Origin: Promethearchaeota archaeon
GTDB taxonomy: Archaea; Asgardarchaeota; Lokiarchaeia; Sigyniarchaeales; SOKP01
Assembly: GCA_030599585.1 (NCBI GenBank)
Contig: JAUVNS010000001.1
Span: 192,001-256,000 of the forward strand
DNA length: 64,000 nucleotides
Direction of reading: 5' to 3'
Of this stretch, positions 59,444-64,000 are shown one piece after another; the stretch's first letter is position 1; every line of letters starts with the position of its first letter. Both the position numbers and the translations under genes were made by a program. The notes beneath the pieces were generated by a model, which worked only from the letters and a program-made list of their open reading frames with translations, ran no database searches and was not told the DNA's origin.

Positions 59444-59584
59444 TAAGTTATTAAAAAAATAATAATTAAGATTTTAGCTTATTGTTTAAACCTGAGAAAA
59501 ACTTCAATTTTATACCAATTGACTTTTTATTTGAATATTTAGGATTTAATTATAAAGATATAGTTTTATAAAAAGGTTTTAATC

Positions 59585-59797
59585 ATGAGTTCTCAAACAG
59601 TAGAAAAAAAGGGACCAATTTTTCCTATTTACGATACATATATAGAAGATTCCATTAATTTTGATGATATCATAATTCCGTTTTCAGATTTTGTAATTTC
59701 AAAAAATCTTTCATATACTTATAATGGAGACGAAGATATCAACTTTAAAGAAAGACACCCTGTATATCAAAAACTTTTTTTAGATGAGTTTCTGTAG
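59585..59797 (+). CDS. Small protein, IIPF/DIYxG family (member 5)
   Basis: DIIIPFSD...YTYNGDEDINFKERHPVYQKLFLDEF. Confidence 0.7.
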   Translation: MSSQTVEKKGPIFPIYDTYIEDSINFDDIIIPFSDFVISKNLSYTYNGDEDINFKERHPVYQKLFLDEFL

Positions 59798-59810
59798 AGT
59801 TTTCTGAAAC

Positions 59811-60323
59811 TTATCGTGAATAGTAGTAGTAGTCATCTTTCTTGATCACCATCCCACTTTTTTTAGCGTTTCTAATTAGGGTTTTTAATTCTATCGCAGG
59901 AATTCCATAATCTTCAGACATGATTTCGAGCATATACTTCGGAAACCGCTTGTAAAGTTTTGAAAGCTCAAACAACATCTCGGTAAACTTTTGCTTGTAA
60001 TCATTTTCTTGATTTTTGTTTTTCAAATCGTTTTTCCTGATTTTAGGTCTAACAACACTATGAGTAGCAACAACAAAATCGTTTCTCGAACGAAATTCCG
60101 GCGTTGCTAACTCGTTCTGTTTTCTTTTTACGGTATTCAAAGCTTCCGTCATGCCAGATACTACTTCACCTTTTTTCAATATATCTTGCACTTGGTGTTT
60201 TCTACCACATCTCAGACACTTTTTGGTCTTTTGAACGGTTTTTACATAGAAAAATCCCCCACACTTTTTGCATGCGAAGATTAGATATGGAGTTTCGTCT
60301 CTTTTAATCGTTAAATCTTCCAT
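59811..60323 (-). CDS. DUF1922-like zinc-ribbon protein with C-terminal wHTH
   Basis: YLIFACKKCG..Y....KTKKCLRCG; starts 3 nt after the hef stop. Confidence 0.7.
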   Translation of the reverse strand: MEDLTIKRDETPYLIFACKKCGGFFYVKTVQKTKKCLRCGRKHQVQDILKKGEVVSGMTEALNTVKRKQNELATPEFRSRNDFVVATHSVVRPKIRKNDLKNKNQENDYKQKFTEMLFELSKLYKRFPKYMLEIMSEDYGIPAIELKTLIRNAKKSGMVIKKDDYYYYSR

Positions 60324-60326
60324 TGA

Positions 60327-62579
60327 TTACAAAACACCTTCGTTTTTTACGTGTAGATAAATATTTTTTAGAATAAAATATAATTCTTCCGAAAGATCGA
60401 TGTTAATAGCTTGGAGTTTATTGTCATCACCCCAATCGGAGAACTTTTTCTTGAGTAACTTCTCTTCGTTGTCAAATTCTTGTTTAAAGTCTACAAAGTC
60501 GAAAACTGAGACGATAAGGTTATATTTTTTACTTAACAGAATATATTTTTTAAGAAGAGTATCTCCGTCAAATCCTCGAGGATCAATTATTTGGACCAAA
60601 ACTTTATCGAACAGGGTTAAATCAAGGATTGACTTTACGATTTCAAACGAAAACCCATCTTTATGAAATTTTTTCCTCAAACCAAATTTAACAGGGAAGG
60701 ATACGTTTATTTTGATGTCAGATTTAATTTTTTTTGGTTTGGGAGCGATCGATTTGCCCTGGGAAAAAGCGCTTAAACTCGATTGAATTTCTCTTTTATT
60801 ACGTACTTTGCTAATTTTTTTATTATTGTCAATGTTAACTTTTTTCTCGGAGGTAATTATTTTTTCCAACGGCCTCTCAATATATGAGAACTTAGGTTCA
60901 TTTTTTTCTACTTGAATATTTTTAAGTTCTTTAATTCTCGGTATATTTTGAGGCATCTTATTGGAATAGACTGTGTGTAGCTGTTTTTCGCCTTTCAAGT
61001 TCACATTCATCTTCTTGAGTTTAGTTAGGGCGATATGCATATATATTTCGTCGTGAGTGCCTTTACAATAAAGGATAATTACTTTTCCTTCGCGATGGCG
61101 AGCAGTCCTCCCTTTTCTCTGAATAAACCGAATTTCAGAAGCTACTACGTCGTAAAACACCACAAGATCGCACTCAGCGATATCCAACCCCTCCTCTCCT
61201 ACATTGGTGCTAACTAAAACATTGTATTGACCTCGTTTAAACTGCTCTAAAATCTCTAACTGTTGCTTCTGCGACATCCCCTTATCGTCTTGAGATTTTG
61301 TAGATTGACCCACAAATCGAGATGGTTTAATAGCGTTATTTTCGCTTGCTTTTAACTTGTGTACGATATTTTTAACTGAGTCGCGCAACTTTACGAACAC
61401 CAGTACACGAGAGCCAGGATTGTTTTCAAATTCTTGAATCAACAATGATTCGAGCGTGTAATATTTGGGATGGATGAGCTTTTGAGGAGAAAAATCTTCG
61501 TTCTTTTTCAGTTCAATAAATATTTGGTTTAGTCTGTGATCTCTGGCCAGAACTTTTAAGGCTTTAGAACTGGTTTTCTTGCGAGCCTTGGCTTTCATTT
61601 TGGTTAGGTAGATCAAAAGTACATCTAAACCTTGCTGTTCAATTAATTCAAGCATATGAAACAAAATTAACCCTTGAGCGTTTATGGAAAGCGCACTGTA
61701 GACCCCTGTTTTGTCTCCGTCGCTATTGACTAATCTAGTTAGTTCTCCGTTTAACTTTAATAAATCTTTTCGAATAATTTTAGTATGCAATTTTTCTGAC
61801 TTTGAATTTAGGAAGTTTAGCTGAGAAAGATATTGTAAGCGCACCTCCAAAAGAATTTGAACCGCATAGTATGCGTCGGCCATAAGTTCGGTTAAATTAA
61901 CGCCTATCTTATGTACATCCATTGGTTTTAGGTAATTTTTCACGTCTTCGTCTTTTCGAGTGCGAGTATGGATGTTCTCTAACGGAACATATAAATTTTC
62001 ACAAAGAGTCCTAATTTTTTCTTTGGAAGCACCTGGACTGGCCGTCAAACCTAAGATTACCCCATCCGGATTTTGTTCTACAAACTTATCTGCGATTAAT
62101 GTATAAGCGTAATCTTTGCTGGCGTGATGGGCCTCATCAAATATTACTAGACACGTGTGTTCTAAGGAATATTTTAAGTTCACCAAATCATTTCTTAAGG
62201 TTTGAGGCGTGTAAAATATTATCTGGTGGGTTTCGAACAGCTCCACTCTACTATCTGCAGGAGTTTTTCCCGTCAACACAACGAACTCATTTTCCGGAAT
62301 AGACATTAAATTTACAAATGATTCGTAATGCTGATTTATCAACGGTCTTGTAGGCGCTAACACGATAATTTTACTTTTCTCTGGGAATTTTTCTAAGGTA
62401 AGCGCTGCCACGAAGACGCCAATAATAGTTTTTCCCAGACCTGTAGGGAGGACGACTAGCGAATTTTTTGAAGCACAAGCTCTAGCTATTTTTAATTGGT
62501 AATCTCTTTTCTCGATGGATTTTTCTTTCAAGTAAGCGTTATTAATCATCGTTCTACCTTCTCTCTCGCTTTCGATCAC
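60327..62579 (-). CDS. hef: Hef/FANCM/Mph1-type SF2 helicase with degenerate C-terminal ERCC4-like domain
   Basis: RDYQ, LPTGLGKT, PTRPL, TPQ, DEAHH, TASPG, RFVGQ, EEGLDI, IQRKGRTAR. Confidence 0.88.
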   Translation of the reverse strand: MIESEREGRTMINNAYLKEKSIEKRDYQLKIARACASKNSLVVLPTGLGKTIIGVFVAALTLEKFPEKSKIIVLAPTRPLINQHYESFVNLMSIPENEFVVLTGKTPADSRVELFETHQIIFYTPQTLRNDLVNLKYSLEHTCLVIFDEAHHASKDYAYTLIADKFVEQNPDGVILGLTASPGASKEKIRTLCENLYVPLENIHTRTRKDEDVKNYLKPMDVHKIGVNLTELMADAYYAVQILLEVRLQYLSQLNFLNSKSEKLHTKIIRKDLLKLNGELTRLVNSDGDKTGVYSALSINAQGLILFHMLELIEQQGLDVLLIYLTKMKAKARKKTSSKALKVLARDHRLNQIFIELKKNEDFSPQKLIHPKYYTLESLLIQEFENNPGSRVLVFVKLRDSVKNIVHKLKASENNAIKPSRFVGQSTKSQDDKGMSQKQQLEILEQFKRGQYNVLVSTNVGEEGLDIAECDLVVFYDVVASEIRFIQRKGRTARHREGKVIILYCKGTHDEIYMHIALTKLKKMNVNLKGEKQLHTVYSNKMPQNIPRIKELKNIQVEKNEPKFSYIERPLEKIITSEKKVNIDNNKKISKVRNKREIQSSLSAFSQGKSIAPKPKKIKSDIKINVSFPVKFGLRKKFHKDGFSFEIVKSILDLTLFDKVLVQIIDPRGFDGDTLLKKYILLSKKYNLIVSVFDFVDFKQEFDNEEKLLKKKFSDWGDDNKLQAINIDLSEELYFILKNIYLHVKNEGVL

Positions 62580-62592
62580 ATCTCAGTCCCCT

Positions 62593-63168
62593 TTATACTA
62601 TTTGGATGATAAAGTCCTCAATCTCTAATTTTGATATAGCCTTTTTGCTTCGGTGGTAAGACTGGATGATCATCCCAGCCTCAACTGCTAGTTTTGAAGG
62701 ATAGATCAGACCATTTCCTCTATGTTCGAAAAAAAAAGGATGGGAACGGTTAAAGTGCTTTACTTTCTTAGAAAGTTCTGTTGTGTTTCTATTAATGTTG
62801 AAGCCCTTCCCAATCTTTACGTGTTGGAAATAATATATAATATCGCTCAATAAGTTCACTTGGGTTCGGTTGATCTCTACTTCTTTCAGGTCAGATAAAT
62901 CGTGAATTGAAACTTCGGATTTTGGTTTTAGAATTAAATAGCATTTATCTTCTCTCCACTTCTTACACAAAACAAAACCGGAAATCACAGAATTGAAAAG
63001 GTTCTGAAACCGAAACACGAGTTCTAACACCTCTTCTAAATCTCGCCCGGACATATTGAGGAAGTTGGCCAACTTATCAAGACTAAAGAGACTGTTTTTC
63101 CGAGTTTGGAACTTTTCCAAAGCTGAAACGATTTGATGTAATTGTTTAATTTTAGTACCTTGTGTCAT
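62593..63168 (-). CDS. Tandem winged-helix-like protein upstream of hef
   Basis: FSLDKLANFLNMSGRDLEEVL; GNGLIYPSKL. Confidence 0.6.
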   Translation of the reverse strand: MTQGTKIKQLHQIVSALEKFQTRKNSLFSLDKLANFLNMSGRDLEEVLELVFRFQNLFNSVISGFVLCKKWREDKCYLILKPKSEVSIHDLSDLKEVEINRTQVNLLSDIIYYFQHVKIGKGFNINRNTTELSKKVKHFNRSHPFFFEHRGNGLIYPSKLAVEAGMIIQSYHRSKKAISKLEIEDFIIQIV

Positions 63169-63249
63169 TACAGCTTATATTTATCGTAGTAATAAAAAGA
63201 AAAAATTTTATTGACGGAGAAAAAATGAAAAAAAAGGAGAAAAAACTAT

Positions 63250-64000
63250 TTATTTTTTTGAGGATTGCTTACTTTTGAATTTTTTAGAGCGAATTGCTTT
63301 ATAAGTACCAAGTAAAGGTATCGTAGCGGCGCCTACCATCCCGAATGCTAAAGGAAGGGTCACGGTAGCATCTCCCCCGTATAGGTTATTAGGATCGTCC
63401 TCAGGATCTGGGTCGGGATCTGGATCTGGATCCGGAGTGGTGTTAGGATCTTTGTAGTCAAAAGTAGCAGTGCAGATAAACTGAGGATTGGAGAGATAAG
63501 GATCGTTAAGGTAGAATTCAAAGGTATAGTTTCCGAAATAAATCGGTGAATAATTAAAAGTGAACATCGAGTTCTCTAAGTTGTGAGAGGTTAACAAATC
63601 GATAACATCCACGTAATCACCGTCGCGATATATATTGGCATACATCGAGCCTCCGAAAATTGGTTCGTTTCCTGAAATAAATATATGGCGCCCATAAACA
63701 TTAACTTCAATCCGAGATTCAGTCTTTGCGATCGAATAGGTAAACTGAGAATCAAATTCGGTGCTAAAAGAGAAAGGAACGCTTCCTTTTTTTATAGCAC
63801 CATCATACACACATAACTCCCCTTCGACAATCGGATAATTAGCTGTATCAATGGGGATATATACTTCTTTTTGATAGGTATAATTTCCTAATTGATCCAG
63901 TACGATATTTCCTAACTGTGCCGACTCGATTTTAACCGTGGTATATTGTCCAAAATCTGAAAGAATGAGATTTACAAGTTCAACAGTAAACAAATTGTTA
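63250..64000 (-). CDS. Beta-rich surface protein with PD linker and C-terminal membrane anchor (5'-partial)
   Basis: Frame is open to the window end; PDPDPDPDPDP, hydrophobic helix, basic tail. Confidence 0.7.
   Translation of the reverse strand, partial: NNLFTVELVNLILSDFGQYTTVKIESAQLGNIVLDQLGNYTYQKEVYIPIDTANYPIVEGELCVYDGAIKKGSVPFSFSTEFDSQFTYSIAKTESRIEVNVYGRHIFISGNEPIFGGSMYANIYRDGDYVDVIDLLTSHNLENSMFTFNYSPIYFGNYTFEFYLNDPYLSNPQFICTATFDYKDPNTTPDPDPDPDPDPEDDPNNLYGGDATVTLPLAFGMVGAATIPLLGTYKAIRSKKFKSKQSSKK
63403..63435 (-). repeat. Pro-Asp dipeptide repeat linker
   Basis: Degenerate 6-bp repeat encoding PDPDPDPDPDP. Confidence 0.8.

Noticed and set aside
57593-59797. RiPP cluster (radical SAM/SPASM enzyme with small ORFs as precursors)
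   Set aside because: The small ORFs have paralogs far from any maturase, show a conserved C-terminus with a variable N-terminus (opposite to leader/core logic), and there is no RRE protein or transporter
1548-62302. Many short antisense or overlapping ORFs in the track (e.g. 1548, 7033, 9785, 16718, 18936, 22039, 28276, 32797, 49022, 54980, 60400)
   Set aside because: They are shadows of well-supported genes on the opposite strand or in another frame and have no motifs; 16718-17401 merely mirrors the E/K repeat
46200-64000. Integrated conjugative element or provirus
   Set aside because: No integrase, relaxase, capsid, tRNA or att repeat is visible in the window; it cannot be excluded beyond the right edge

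Overview
AT-rich archaeal chromosomal DNA, most likely Asgard/Lokiarchaeia. This is inferred from Ras-like GTPases, longin-like and HEAT proteins, GGTGA-type ribosome-binding sites and Hef/Hel308-type helicases. About 65 CDS are present; I saw no rRNA, tRNA, CRISPR array, integrase or transposase. The left half holds housekeeping and catabolic genes (purD, GH116, M32 peptidase, acyl-CoA ligase, amidase, TrmJ, gpmA) mixed with eukaryotic-signature-like proteins. Best candidates for new biology: (1) a coupled five-gene, mostly membrane-protein operon (47111-54781) built around a 1257-aa VirB4/HerA-like protein whose ATPase motifs are all degenerate, plus a membrane-anchored HhH DNA-binding protein. 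It is divergent from a SWIM-finger Hel308-like helicase and near a CoiA-like nuclease and a Hef helicase with a degenerate nuclease domain, which suggests a DNA uptake/transfer and processing system. (2) A dispersed family of 5-6 small paralogous proteins (IIPF...DIYxGxExIxF..RxP...EF) at three loci, one beside a divergent TFB/cyclin-like and RHH gene pair with palindromic operators. (3) A ~115-nt end-paired structured RNA candidate at 25000-25114. All family assignments come from motif recognition by eye; no searches were run.
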